Origin: a virus
Lineage: Duplodnaviria > Caudoviricetes
Strand: one strand, 5' to 3'
Length of the DNA: 32,986 nt
IMG/VR virus record: IMGVR_UViG_3300020281_000083
Span: 1 to 32,986 of that record
The notes under the pieces: model-generated
What the model saw: the letters and a program-made list of their open reading frames with translations, nothing else
Told to the model about the DNA's origin: nothing
Databases searched by the model: none
Part shown: positions 7,419-16,568 of the stretch, in pieces
Position numbering within the stretch: the stretch's first letter is position 1
How the letters are laid out: every line of letters starts with the position of its first letter
Position numbers and translations under genes: made by a program

Positions 7419-9863
7419 ATGGCAGATATAGAAAAAGGACTCCCGACTGAAGTACGTACTGAGATTAAAGTCCCAGGCGAGGATATTGAAGTCAAAGAGG
7501 AGATTCAAGAAAAAGGACCAATAGAAGTTACACCCGAAGAAGACGGCGGTGCAACGATTGATTTTGAACCAGGTTCAATAAACATACCTGGCACAGAATC
7601 TCATTTTGACAATTTAGCAGATCTCTTACCTGATGATGTTTTAGGACCACTCGGTAGTGAACTAAAAGCAGATTACATGGACTACAAGATGTCCAGAAAA
7701 GATTGGGAGAAAAGTTACACAGATGGTCTTGACTTATTAGGTTTCAAATATGAAAATAGAACGGAACCGTTTCAAGGAGCTTCTGGTGCAACGCACCCTG
7801 TGTTGGCAGAAGCTGTTACACAGTTTCAAGCCACAGCATACAAAGAGTTATTACCAAGTGACGGTCCAGTAAGAACACAAGTTTTAGGAGATGCAACTCC
7901 ACCAAAACAACAACAAGCTCAACGTGTAAAAGATTTCATGAATTATCAAATTATGGATCAGATGAAAGAGTATGAGCCAGAGTTTGATTCTATGTTGTTT
8001 CACTTACCTCTTGCAGGTTCTACATTTAAAAAAGTTTACTACGATGATTTATTAGGCAGAGCAGTTTCTAAATTTATTCCTGCTGATGATCTAATCGTGC
8101 CTTACACAGCAAACAGTTTAGAAGAAGCAGAGTCTATTATTCACGTTATAAAAATATCTGAAAACGATTTAAGAAAACAACAAGTTGGTGGTTTCTACTC
8201 TGATATAGATTTACCAAAGCCAGCTATTACAGTTAACGACGAAGTTTCTAAAAAAGAAAAAGAATTAGAAGGCACTAAAAAATCTGGAAAACAACAAACA
8301 ATGTATACTCTTTTAGAGTGTCACGTCGATCTAGATTTAGAAGGCTTCGAAGATATTGGTGCGGACGGGGAACCGACTGGCATCAAGCTACCTTACATCG
8401 TAACAGTCGAGGAAGGTAGTCAAACAGTTCTTTCGATAAGAAGGAACTACGCGCCCAATGACCCAAGAAAACAAAGAGTCCAATACTTTGTCCACTTCAA
8501 ATTTCTGCCAGGACTAGGATTCTATGGTTTCGGGTTAATACATATGATTGGCGGATTGAGTAGAACTGCAACAGTTGCTCTCCGCCAATTATTAGATGCA
8601 GGGACATTATCTAATCTACCTGCAGGATTTAAACAAAGAGGTGTAAGAGTTAGAGATGAAGCATCTCCAATACAACCAGGTGAGTTTAAAGATGTGGATG
8701 CACCGGGTGGTAATTTAAAAGAAGCTTTCTATGCTTTACCATACAAAGAACCATCAGCAACTTTATTACAGCTTATGGGTATTGTTGTACAAGCAGGTCA
8801 AAGATTTGCTGCAATATCAGAATTACAAATTGGTGAAGGATCTCAAAATGCAGCTGTAGGAACTACAATGGCTCTTCTTGAAAGAGGATCTAAAGTTATG
8901 TCAGCGATACACAAAAGATTATACAACTCGATGAGAGCTGAGTTTAAATTATTATCTAAAATTATTGCAACATACTTACCACCAAGTTATCCGTATGATG
9001 TTGTAGGTGGTTCAAGATTAATTAAACAAGTAGACTTTGATGACAGAGTAGATATTTTACCTGTTGCAGATCCAAACATTTTTTCCATGTCACAAAGAGT
9101 GACACTAGCGCAAACACAATTACAGCTAGCTACGTCAAATCCACAAGTGCATAACTTGTATAATGCATACAGAAATATGTACGAAGCGATTGGTACGAAA
9201 GATATAGATAAAATTTTACCACCACCAATGCCAGTTGCACCGATGGACCCAAGCAGAGAGCATATTATGGCTTTAGCATTAAAACCATTCCAAGCTTTCC
9301 CTGGTCAAGATCACAGAGCACACATCACAGCACATTTAAATTTTATGTCCACTAACATTGTTAGAAATAATCCTGCTGTTATGGCTTCAATACAAAAAAA
9401 TATTTTAGAACACATAAGTTTAATGGCACAAGAACAAGTAGAATTAGAGTTTAGAGAACAACTTTTACAAATTCCAACGCTGCAACAACAAGCACCTATC
9501 AATCCACAAGTAGCACAACAGCTTCAACTGATAACACAACAAGTAGAAGCTAGAAAAGCTGTGTTAATTGCAGAGATGACTAACGAATTTATGATGGAGG
9601 AGAAGAAAATTACATCACAATTTGACTCTGATCCACTTCTAAAACTAAAAGCAAGAGAAGTTGACTTACGTGCGATGGAAAATGAACGTAAAAAAGACTC
9701 TGACAAGGCTCAACAAGACATTGCAAGAGCAAGATTAATGCAACAAGGTGAGATTGCAGAGGATAAAATGGAGCAAAACGAAAAATTAGCGAAGTTAAGA
9801 GCCGGAGTTAGCCTTGCAAAGGCTGATAAACCAGGTATAACTGCTATTGAAGTAGAAGAATAA
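7419..9863 (+). CDS. Portal protein (P22-like, long coiled-coil C-terminus)
   Basis: 814 aa after terL. Motifs HPVLAEAVTQFQA, GSTFKKVYYD, GFYGFGL, LRQLLDAG and a Gln-rich C-terminal helix. Confidence 0.88.
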   Translation: MADIEKGLPTEVRTEIKVPGEDIEVKEEIQEKGPIEVTPEEDGGATIDFEPGSINIPGTESHFDNLADLLPDDVLGPLGSELKADYMDYKMSRKDWEKSYTDGLDLLGFKYENRTEPFQGASGATHPVLAEAVTQFQATAYKELLPSDGPVRTQVLGDATPPKQQQAQRVKDFMNYQIMDQMKEYEPEFDSMLFHLPLAGSTFKKVYYDDLLGRAVSKFIPADDLIVPYTANSLEEAESIIHVIKISENDLRKQQVGGFYSDIDLPKPAITVNDEVSKKEKELEGTKKSGKQQTMYTLLECHVDLDLEGFEDIGADGEPTGIKLPYIVTVEEGSQTVLSIRRNYAPNDPRKQRVQYFVHFKFLPGLGFYGFGLIHMIGGLSRTATVALRQLLDAGTLSNLPAGFKQRGVRVRDEASPIQPGEFKDVDAPGGNLKEAFYALPYKEPSATLLQLMGIVVQAGQRFAAISELQIGEGSQNAAVGTTMALLERGSKVMSAIHKRLYNSMRAEFKLLSKIIATYLPPSYPYDVVGGSRLIKQVDFDDRVDILPVADPNIFSMSQRVTLAQTQLQLATSNPQVHNLYNAYRNMYEAIGTKDIDKILPPPMPVAPMDPSREHIMALALKPFQAFPGQDHRAHITAHLNFMSTNIVRNNPAVMASIQKNILEHISLMAQEQVELEFREQLLQIPTLQQQAPINPQVAQQLQLITQQVEARKAVLIAEMTNEFMMEEKKITSQFDSDPLLKLKAREVDLRAMENERKKDSDKAQQDIARARLMQQGEIAEDKMEQNEKLAKLRAGVSLAKADKPGITAIEVEE

Positions 9864-10018
9864 TGCCACTAAATGAAAAAGGCCGTAAAATTATGAAATC
9901 CATGAAGGAACAATACGGTAAAAAGCGTGGCGAAACAGTTTTTTACGCTTCTTTAAACAAAGGTGTTATAAAAGGCGTAGAAAAAAAGAAAAAAAGGAGC
10001 AAAAATGCAAAAACTTGA
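9863..10018 (+). CDS. Small basic protein, 51 aa (not in ORF track)
   Basis: TAATG overlap with the portal stop. MPLNEKGRKIMKSMKEQYGKKRGETVFYASLNKGVIKGVEKKKKRSKNAKT. It fills the gap exactly. Confidence 0.75.
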   Translation: MPLNEKGRKIMKSMKEQYGKKRGETVFYASLNKGVIKGVEKKKKRSKNAKT

Positions 10019-10187
10019 TAAAATTAAAGTTGGTACAGTTCCAGAACAACAAGTTGAAGTAGATCCTAGATCTAAAACAACTGCTGACCAGGCTTTTAAC
10101 TATATTGGTACAGGAAAACCTGAGTTAGAAGTACAAGGTCAAGGTGCTGTAAGACCAGACAAGAGAAGAAAATCAAAGGCGTACTAA
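10005..10187 (+). CDS. Small hypothetical protein
   Basis: 60 aa, AGGAG RBS, TAATG coupling to the next gene. Confidence 0.75.
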   Translation: MQKLDKIKVGTVPEQQVEVDPRSKTTADQAFNYIGTGKPELEVQGQGAVRPDKRRKSKAY

Positions 10188-10576
10188 TGGCTTGGTTCAG
10201 TTTAGCAAAAATCGCTATGCAAGCTGGCGCAAAGATATATTCTAATCGTCAGAAAACAAAAATGGCGATGTCGGATGCACAATTAATGCATGCAGAGCGT
10301 ATGGCCCGAGGAGAGGAAGCTTACCAAGGCAAATTGTTGGAAGCTAGACAATCTGACTGGAAAGACGAATTTGTATTGATAATTTTGTCGGCGCCGATTA
10401 TAGTGTTAGCTTGGGCAGTTCTAAGTGACGACCCAACTGCGATGGAGAAGGTAAAATTATTCTTTGAATATTTTTCCACACTTCCGAGCTGGTTCACGAA
10501 TTTATGGATCCTTGTCGTGGCGAGCATTTTTGGTATTAAGGGGACACAAATATTTAGAAACGGAGGCAAAAAATAA
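10187..10576 (+). CDS. Putative holin (3TM/GTA-type-like) membrane protein
   Basis: SDWKDE followed by two hydrophobic segments (FVLIILSAPIIVLAWAVL; WFTNLWILVVASIFGIKG) and a basic C-terminus. Confidence 0.65.
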   Translation: MAWFSLAKIAMQAGAKIYSNRQKTKMAMSDAQLMHAERMARGEEAYQGKLLEARQSDWKDEFVLIILSAPIIVLAWAVLSDDPTAMEKVKLFFEYFSTLPSWFTNLWILVVASIFGIKGTQIFRNGGKK

Positions 10577-10800
10577 TGCGTAATGATTATCAAATTAGAC
10601 CTAGGTTTGATAAAGGAAGTAAAGACCCTGTCGGTAAAAACAAAAAAGATAAAAGAATTCATAGTGGAGAGTTTGAGTCAAGATTTATACCTAATAAAAT
10701 GGGGGGCATGGATGAGGTAAAGGTTCCAAAAAAATTATCTCTAGAAGAAAGAATTGTTAAAAAAATAAAAGAAAGATCCAAAAAGGAGGAAAAAAAGTAA
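10576..10800 (+). CDS. Small basic protein
   Basis: 74 aa, TAATG-coupled on both sides. Confidence 0.7.
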   Translation: MRNDYQIRPRFDKGSKDPVGKNKKDKRIHSGEFESRFIPNKMGGMDEVKVPKKLSLEERIVKKIKERSKKEEKK

Positions 10801-10982
10801 TGGTAAACAGATTGTATAACAAACAGGTATCTCCAAAAGGATACATGAAAGGCGGAAGAATTAAGAAAATGGGTGGCGGTTCGCTAAAACCTGTTGATCC
10901 TAAAACGCAAAAGGGTCTATCTAAACTTCCAAAAAAAGTTAGAAACAAAATGGGCTACATGAAAAAAGGTGGTAAAGTCTAA
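10800..10982 (+). CDS. Small basic protein with three xxGG motifs
   Basis: GYMKGGRI, KMGGGSL, GYMKKGGKV. TAATG-coupled. Confidence 0.75.
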   Translation: MVNRLYNKQVSPKGYMKGGRIKKMGGGSLKPVDPKTQKGLSKLPKKVRNKMGYMKKGGKV

Positions 10983-11164
10983 TGGTACTAGGAGTAGGAA
11001 AAGCGTTAAAAGGATTTGGTAAAGCTCTATCTAAGAAAAAAACTGAGCCAGCAACTAAAGAATTTTATGACACAGTTCCACCTCATAAAGACCCACGTAT
11101 GACTGGTCCTAAATATAAAAAATATTTAGAAGGTTTAAGAAAATCAACGGAGAAGAAAAAGTAA
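10982..11164 (+). CDS. Small basic protein
   Basis: 60 aa, TAATG-coupled on both sides. Confidence 0.7.
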   Translation: MVLGVGKALKGFGKALSKKKTEPATKEFYDTVPPHKDPRMTGPKYKKYLEGLRKSTEKKK

Positions 11165-11637
11165 TGACAAAACTTTGTCCTAGAGGAAAAGCGGCAGCGA
11201 AAAGAAAATTTCGTGTGTACCCCTCAGCATATGCTAACGCATACGCTAGCAAAATATGTGCGGGCAAAATAAAAGATCCGTCTGGTGTAAAAAGAAAAGA
11301 CTTCAGAGGACCTAAACCATCTAAAGCTATGGGTGGTAGAATTTATAAAGCTAACGGTGGTGAAATAAATAGAAAAGATAGAATCGATAGAATCAATAAA
11401 ATAAGAAGTGATCAGATGAGAAGAGAAGGTCCTACGATTGTGCCTGGTACAAAAGAAAGAGGTCTATTAAAATCTAGTAAGTCAGGTGGTGCGCCTAGAA
11501 GAGGAAAAGGTAGAAAAAAAATGATGGGTGGTGGTCTAATGGCTGCAACTGAAAGATTAAGAAGACAAGGATATGGAAAAGGTGGTGGTGTCTGTATCAG
11601 AGGAATGAATAGAGACGCCGTCGGAAAAAATTCGTAG
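11164..11637 (+). CDS. Basic protein with YPSAYAN domain (DUF5872-like) and xxGG motifs
   Basis: N-terminal KLCPRGKAAAKRKFRVYPSAYANAYASKIC. The family name is from recollection. Confidence 0.65.
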   Translation: MTKLCPRGKAAAKRKFRVYPSAYANAYASKICAGKIKDPSGVKRKDFRGPKPSKAMGGRIYKANGGEINRKDRIDRINKIRSDQMRREGPTIVPGTKERGLLKSSKSGGAPRRGKGRKKMMGGGLMAATERLRRQGYGKGGGVCIRGMNRDAVGKNS

Positions 11638-11641
11638 TGCA

Positions 11642-12088
11642 ATGGCTGGATTAAAAACATGGTTCGATCAAAAATGGGTAGATATTGGGAGCAAGCGAAA
11701 AGATGGATCGTTTGCAAAATGTGGCCGTTCAAAACAGAAGAAGGATGCGAAGAGGAAGTATCCAAAATGCGTGCCTCTAGCGAAAGCGAGAAGGATGACA
11801 GAAGGGCAGAGAAGATCTGCCGTTGCCAGGAAACGGGCAGCTGCCAATGTGGGACCTAAACCTACAAACGTAAAAACATTTGCAAAAAGAAAAAGAGCAG
11901 CTAGAGGTGGTAGAATGTCACCAAGCAGTAACAAGCCAAATCCAAAAATGAATTCAATGATGAAACAAGCTCAAAGAGATTACACAGGTAGTTTTGTTTC
12001 AGGAAGTTTAGGTGGTGTTGACGTAGGAAATAAATCTTACAAAAAATTTTATTCTAACCCAGGCTATAGAATGCCTAAGATAATATGA
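11642..12088 (+). CDS. Basic phage protein (WFxxKWVDI...CGR...YPKCVP)
   Basis: 148 aa, Lys/Arg-rich, with a motif commonly seen in phage head clusters. Confidence 0.7.
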   Translation: MAGLKTWFDQKWVDIGSKRKDGSFAKCGRSKQKKDAKRKYPKCVPLAKARRMTEGQRRSAVARKRAAANVGPKPTNVKTFAKRKRAARGGRMSPSSNKPNPKMNSMMKQAQRDYTGSFVSGSLGGVDVGNKSYKKFYSNPGYRMPKII

Positions 12089-12393
12089 GAAACGATTTTC
12101 AGATGAGAGAAAGATTTGCTAAGGGGACAATGCCCCCTAGAAATAAAAAGAACTTTAGACCTACAAAGTCTGGAGCAGGCATGACTCAAGCCGGTGTCAA
12201 AGCCTACAGAAGATTAAATCCCGGCTCTAAACTAAAAACAGCGGTGACTGGAAAAGTGAAGCCAGGATCTAAAGCTGCCAAACGTAGAAAATCATTCTGC
12301 GCAAGATCACTAGGACAAATGAAAAAATTCCCTAAAGCAGCAAAAGATCCAAACTCAAGACTTAGACAGGCACGCAGAAGATGGAAGTGCTAA
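12085..12393 (+). CDS. Basic phage protein (DUF6321-like)
   Basis: RRKSFCARS...DPNSRL...RRWKC C-terminus. ATGA overlap with the previous gene. Confidence 0.7.
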   Translation: MRNDFQMRERFAKGTMPPRNKKNFRPTKSGAGMTQAGVKAYRRLNPGSKLKTAVTGKVKPGSKAAKRRKSFCARSLGQMKKFPKAAKDPNSRLRQARRRWKC

Positions 12394-12681
12394 ATGACAA
12401 AAAATAGAGATCCCAAAGTAGGGACAGGTAAAAAACCAAAAGGCTCTGGGAGGAGATTATATACTGATGAAAATCCTAGAGATACTGTATCGATCAAGTT
12501 TGCGACCCCTTCAGATGCTAGGGCAACTGTGGCAAAAGTTAAACGAATCAGCAAGCCCTTTGCGAGAAAAATACAAATCCTTACGGTCGGTGAGCAAAGA
12601 GCGAAGGTTATGGGTAAGAGAGAGGTGGCGAGCATATTTAAAAGAGGTAAAGATGCGATCAGAAAAAACAAGAAAGTTTAA
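12394..12681 (+). CDS. Basic hypothetical protein
   Basis: 95 aa with an RLYTDENP motif. Starts immediately after the previous stop. Confidence 0.7.
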   Translation: MTKNRDPKVGTGKKPKGSGRRLYTDENPRDTVSIKFATPSDARATVAKVKRISKPFARKIQILTVGEQRAKVMGKREVASIFKRGKDAIRKNKKV

Positions 12682-12859
12682 TGGTAGAACTTATAGAGTC
12701 TCTAATTTAAAAGAAGGGCCTTATAAGAAAAAACTTGTTAAACAACTCATGTCCGCAAGAAGGGACGTGGGTACAGCGTTGAGGGAAAAGAATAAAAAGA
12801 AAGAACGAAGTGCAAGAGACCGTGTACACAAATTTAAAAAGAAATTAGGAGAAAGATAA
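12653..12859 (+). CDS. Small basic protein (start revised to ATG 12653)
   Basis: In frame with track ORF 12467-12859. A GAGGT RBS precedes 12653, and this start avoids a long overlap. TAATG-coupled downstream. Confidence 0.65.
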   Translation: MRSEKTRKFNGRTYRVSNLKEGPYKKKLVKQLMSARRDVGTALREKNKKKERSARDRVHKFKKKLGER

Positions 12860-13086
12860 TGCAATTAGAAACAACGATAAATAGACTAATTAGATATTTA
12901 AACAGACGAATAGAAGAATTGTCTACAGCTGTAACGTCCGGTGGTATTGACAGCATGACAAAATATAACTATATAATAGGACAGATAACAGCCCTAGAGG
13001 CAACTAAACAGGAACTCTCTAACCTGCTAGAAGATAAGGAGCAACATGGAACAGTCATCAACATCGAAGATAAAGCTACCGAATAA
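12859..13086 (+). CDS. Small hypothetical protein preceding GroES
   Basis: 75 aa, AGGAG RBS, helical YxYxxGxIxAL motif. Confidence 0.8.
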   Translation: MQLETTINRLIRYLNRRIEELSTAVTSGGIDSMTKYNYIIGQITALEATKQELSNLLEDKEQHGTVINIEDKATE

Positions 13087-13465
13087 AGAATTGGTAGGTG
13101 TAAAAAAATCAAAAGAAATTTCAAAAGATTCTGAGAAGCTACCACAACCAACTGGTTGGAGGATGTTAGTTTTACCTTTCAAAATGAAAGAGAAAACAAA
13201 AGGCGGGATAGTCCTTGCCGAAACAACTTTAGAGAGACAACAAGTTGCATCACAATGTGGTTTAGTTTTAAGAATGGGTCCAGACTGCTACAAGGACAAG
13301 GATAGATATCCTGATGGTCCTTGGTGCAAAGAGGGAGAATGGGTAATGTTTGCCCGTTATGCTGGCTCAAGAATAAAAATCGAAGGTGGGGAGATACGTC
13401 TGCTAAATGACGACGAAGTTTTAGCAACCATCAAGAATCCAGAGGATATCTTGCATGAATATTAA
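13046..13465 (+). CDS. groES: Co-chaperonin GroES (Cpn10)-like protein
   Basis: PTGWRMLV, KTKGGIVL mobile loop, GEWVMFARYAG, RLLNDDEVLA. Confidence 0.92.
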   Translation: MEQSSTSKIKLPNKELVGVKKSKEISKDSEKLPQPTGWRMLVLPFKMKEKTKGGIVLAETTLERQQVASQCGLVLRMGPDCYKDKDRYPDGPWCKEGEWVMFARYAGSRIKIEGGEIRLLNDDEVLATIKNPEDILHEY

Positions 13466-13482
13466 CATAGAAGGAGTAAACT

Positions 13483-14463
13483 ATGCCTAAAGACGAGAAA
13501 ATGGTTGAACTAGATACATCCGGTGAAGGCGCTGAGATTAATCTAGAGGAACAAAAAGACGAGTCGGTAGTTGATACCGAAGCGCCGAATCAAGAAACAA
13601 AGGAAACGAATGAAACAACTAATGAAGACGATAGTAAGTCCAGTGACTCATCTGAGAAATCTGATGAGCAGTCTAATGTACAAGCTGGCGAAAAAGAAGA
13701 CGAGAAGTTAGAGGATTACAGTAAAGGCGTTCAAGCTAGGATTGCAAAACTCACACGTAAAATGCGTGAAGCTGAAAGACAAAGAGATGCAGCTACAGAG
13801 TATGCAAAAGCAGTTGAAGCAAAACGACAAGAAGTAGAAAAACGTTTTGAGAAAGCTGATGCTGATTACATTAAAAAATCTGAAACTAATATCTCAACTG
13901 GTTTAGAAGCGGCACAAAAAGAATTGTCTGCTGCTATTGAATCAGGTGATGCTAAAGGACAAGCAGATGCACAAAAGAGGATAGCTACTCTTGCTTTTGA
14001 AAATGCTAAGATACAACAACAAAAGGAAGCTGCAGCCAATGCCCCTGCAAAACCATCTGAGGTTCAAATACCTCAACAATCGGTTACGCAGAGCGCACCA
14101 AACGATCCTATGGCAGAGGCTTGGGCATCAGAAAACCCATGGTTCGGACAAAACAGAGCCATGACATTTACAGCGTTCGAGATTCACAAAGATTTGGTAG
14201 ATAAAGAAGGTTTCGATCCAAAATCTAAGGACTATTATGAAGAAATAGACCGAAGAATGAGAATTGACTTTCCCAATAAATTTGGTAATACTGAGTCCAG
14301 AAAAACGACCGAGCCCGTTCAGACGGTCGCTTCAGCAAAAAGAAGCGTAAAACCAGGTCGCAAAACTGTGAAACTCACTTCATCACAGGTAGCAATAGCT
14401 AAAAAATTAGGAGTGCCACTTGAAGAGTACGCAAAACAATTAAAAAACACGGGAGGAGCGTAA
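13483..14463 (+). CDS. Putative capsid scaffolding protein
   Basis: Acidic N-terminus, long coiled coil, WxxxNPWF and C-terminal IAKKLGVPLEEYAKQ. Located upstream of the capsid genes. Confidence 0.7.
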   Translation: MPKDEKMVELDTSGEGAEINLEEQKDESVVDTEAPNQETKETNETTNEDDSKSSDSSEKSDEQSNVQAGEKEDEKLEDYSKGVQARIAKLTRKMREAERQRDAATEYAKAVEAKRQEVEKRFEKADADYIKKSETNISTGLEAAQKELSAAIESGDAKGQADAQKRIATLAFENAKIQQQKEAAANAPAKPSEVQIPQQSVTQSAPNDPMAEAWASENPWFGQNRAMTFTAFEIHKDLVDKEGFDPKSKDYYEEIDRRMRIDFPNKFGNTESRKTTEPVQTVASAKRSVKPGRKTVKLTSSQVAIAKKLGVPLEEYAKQLKNTGGA

Positions 14464-14464
14464 T

Positions 14465-14923
14465 ATGGAAAAAGAAAACAAAACGTCTCGTGCGAACGAC
14501 ACACGGTCAAAATCTGAAAGGCCAAAAGTGTGGGTTCCACCTTCATCTCTAGATGCACCCCCTGCACCTGATGGATTCAGGTACAGATGGATAAGAGCAG
14601 AGAGCGTAGGTTTCCAAGATACTAAGAATATAACTGGACGATTAAGAGAAGGTTATGAACTTGTAAGATCAGAAGAAATCGAAAATGCATCTGACTATCC
14701 AGTCGTCGAAGACGGCAAATACAAGGGAGTCGTTGGGGTTGGAGGCCTTTTACTTGCAAAGGTACCGATCGAGATCGCGAAGCAGAGACAAGAGTATATG
14801 ACTAACCGTCATAGAGAACGAGACGATGCAGTAGAAAACGATCTTATGAAGGAGCAGGATAAGAGGATGCCAATCAATGTTGATAGACATTCTCGTGTAA
14901 CCTTCGGTGGTACAAAGAAATAA
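14465..14923 (+). CDS. Conserved hypothetical head-module protein
   Basis: 152 aa with PPAPDGFRYRWIR...LREGYELV. GGAGG RBS. Confidence 0.8.
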   Translation: MEKENKTSRANDTRSKSERPKVWVPPSSLDAPPAPDGFRYRWIRAESVGFQDTKNITGRLREGYELVRSEEIENASDYPVVEDGKYKGVVGVGGLLLAKVPIEIAKQRQEYMTNRHRERDDAVENDLMKEQDKRMPINVDRHSRVTFGGTKK

Positions 14924-15013
14924 TTTTTTAGTTATTTCTCGGGTTAATCCCTATCATCGATTAAATATAAACCGTATTTGTTCGCTGAAGAGCAAATACA
15001 TAAGGAGACAACT

Positions 15014-15577
15014 ATGGCAAATAGAAACACACAAGGTTTTGGGCTTATACCTGCTGGTACGCTTGGACAAACTCCAGCGACTGCCGGATTAGGAAAGTAC
15101 AAAATCGATGCTGGTTATGCTACAACACTCTACAATGGTGGAGCTGTGGCTTCTACTGCTGGTTATATTGTTGATGGTCAAACGACTGCTGCACCTATTA
15201 TTGGTGTATTAAATGGAGTCTTTTACACTGACGCTTCTACTTTGAAGCCAACGTTTAAAAACTTCTATCAACAAGTAACACCTGCAAACTCAGAAGACAT
15301 AGACGCTTTTGTGTACGACAACCCACAACAGCAATATGTAGTAGCAACAGACGACGCAGTAACACAAGCTGGTTTCTTAGAAACTTATGACATGAACACG
15401 TCAGCAGGTTCTGATACAACTGGCAAATCTAGCGCTACGCTAGATATCGGTGATACAAGTGCGGACGCAGATACTTTCAGATTGTTAAGAGTCGCAGAAG
15501 ATCCTGAAAACGAGGATATTACTGCGGGCTTTGCTTCTGTAGTAGTTGTTCCAAACTTGATTGAACTACAATCATAA
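15014..15577 (+). CDS. Putative capsid-associated (decoration/cement) protein, start revised to ATG 15014
   Basis: TAAGGAG RBS before 15014. Beta-rich, Ala/Thr/Gly-rich, directly upstream of the major capsid gene. Confidence 0.65.
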   Translation: MANRNTQGFGLIPAGTLGQTPATAGLGKYKIDAGYATTLYNGGAVASTAGYIVDGQTTAAPIIGVLNGVFYTDASTLKPTFKNFYQQVTPANSEDIDAFVYDNPQQQYVVATDDAVTQAGFLETYDMNTSAGSDTTGKSSATLDIGDTSADADTFRLLRVAEDPENEDITAGFASVVVVPNLIELQS

Positions 15578-15599
15578 TAGGAGAATAGGAGAATAAATT

Positions 15600-16511
15600 A
15601 TGGCAATATCACGATCACAACTAGTCAAAGAACTAGAGCCAGGATTGAACGCCCTGTTCGGCCTGGAATATAAAAGGTATGAAAATCAGCATGCTGAGAT
15701 TTATACTACTGAAACTTCTGACAGAGCTTTTGAAGAAGAAGTAATGTTAAGTGGTTTCGCAAACGCACAAGTGAAAGCTGAAGGTGCAGGCGTGTCTTTT
15801 GACGAAGCACAAGAAACTTTCACGGCTAGATATACTCACGAGACAGTAGCTTTAGCATTCGCAATCACAGAAGAAGCTATCGAAGATAACCTCTACGATA
15901 GACTTGCTGCTAGATACACGAAAGCTTTGGCAAGATCGATGAGTAATGCAAAACAAGTTAAAGCTGTTGACCCATTAGTAAATGGTCTACCAGGTGTAGG
16001 CACATTTAAATCGGGCGACGGTGTAGCTTTATTTGCAACTAACCACCCTACAGTAGCGGGTACATTTAAAAACACGCTTACTGTGCAAGCTGACCTTAAT
16101 GAAACTTCATTAGAGCAGTCATTAATTGACATCGCTAAAATGACAGATGAAAGAGGTCTAAGAATTGCAGCTAGAGGTGTGAAAATGATTGTTCCTTCGG
16201 AAAATCAATTCACAGCTGAGAGATTGATGAAATCTCAAGGTAGAACTGGAACAGCTGACAATGATATTAACGCAATCGTATCTATGGGTATGGTTCCTCA
16301 AGGTTATAGAGTGAACAACTACCTAACAGATACAGACTCGTTCTATATCTTGACAGACGTGCCAAACGGCATGAAAATGTTCAACAGAGCTCCATTAACA
16401 ACTGCAATGGAAGGTGATTTCGATACTGGAAACGTAAGATACAAAGCTAGAGAAAGATACTCATTTGGTGTATCTGACCCTAGAGGTATATTCGGCGTAG
16501 AAGGTGCGTAA
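15600..16511 (+). CDS. Major capsid protein
   Basis: MAISRSQLVKELEPGLNALFG...DGVALFATNHP...DFDTGNVRYKARERYSFGVSDPRG. Doubled AGGAG RBS, followed by a strong terminator. Confidence 0.92.
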   Translation: MAISRSQLVKELEPGLNALFGLEYKRYENQHAEIYTTETSDRAFEEEVMLSGFANAQVKAEGAGVSFDEAQETFTARYTHETVALAFAITEEAIEDNLYDRLAARYTKALARSMSNAKQVKAVDPLVNGLPGVGTFKSGDGVALFATNHPTVAGTFKNTLTVQADLNETSLEQSLIDIAKMTDERGLRIAARGVKMIVPSENQFTAERLMKSQGRTGTADNDINAIVSMGMVPQGYRVNNYLTDTDSFYILTDVPNGMKMFNRAPLTTAMEGDFDTGNVRYKARERYSFGVSDPRGIFGVEGA

Positions 16512-16520
16512 TAACTAATT

Positions 16521-16548
16521 AAAAAGGGGGCTTCGGCCCCCTTTTTTT
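16521..16548 (+). terminator. Rho-independent terminator with cUUCGg loop
   Basis: AAAAAGGGGGC-TTCG-GCCCCCTTTTTTT immediately after the capsid gene. Confidence 0.92.
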
Positions 16549-16568
16549 ATGGTGGGGAAAAGGGAATC

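Noticed and set aside
12467-12652. N-terminal extension of the 130-aa ORF overlapping 12394-12681
   Set aside because: A better RBS-supported start exists at 12653, so the long dual coding is unnecessary.
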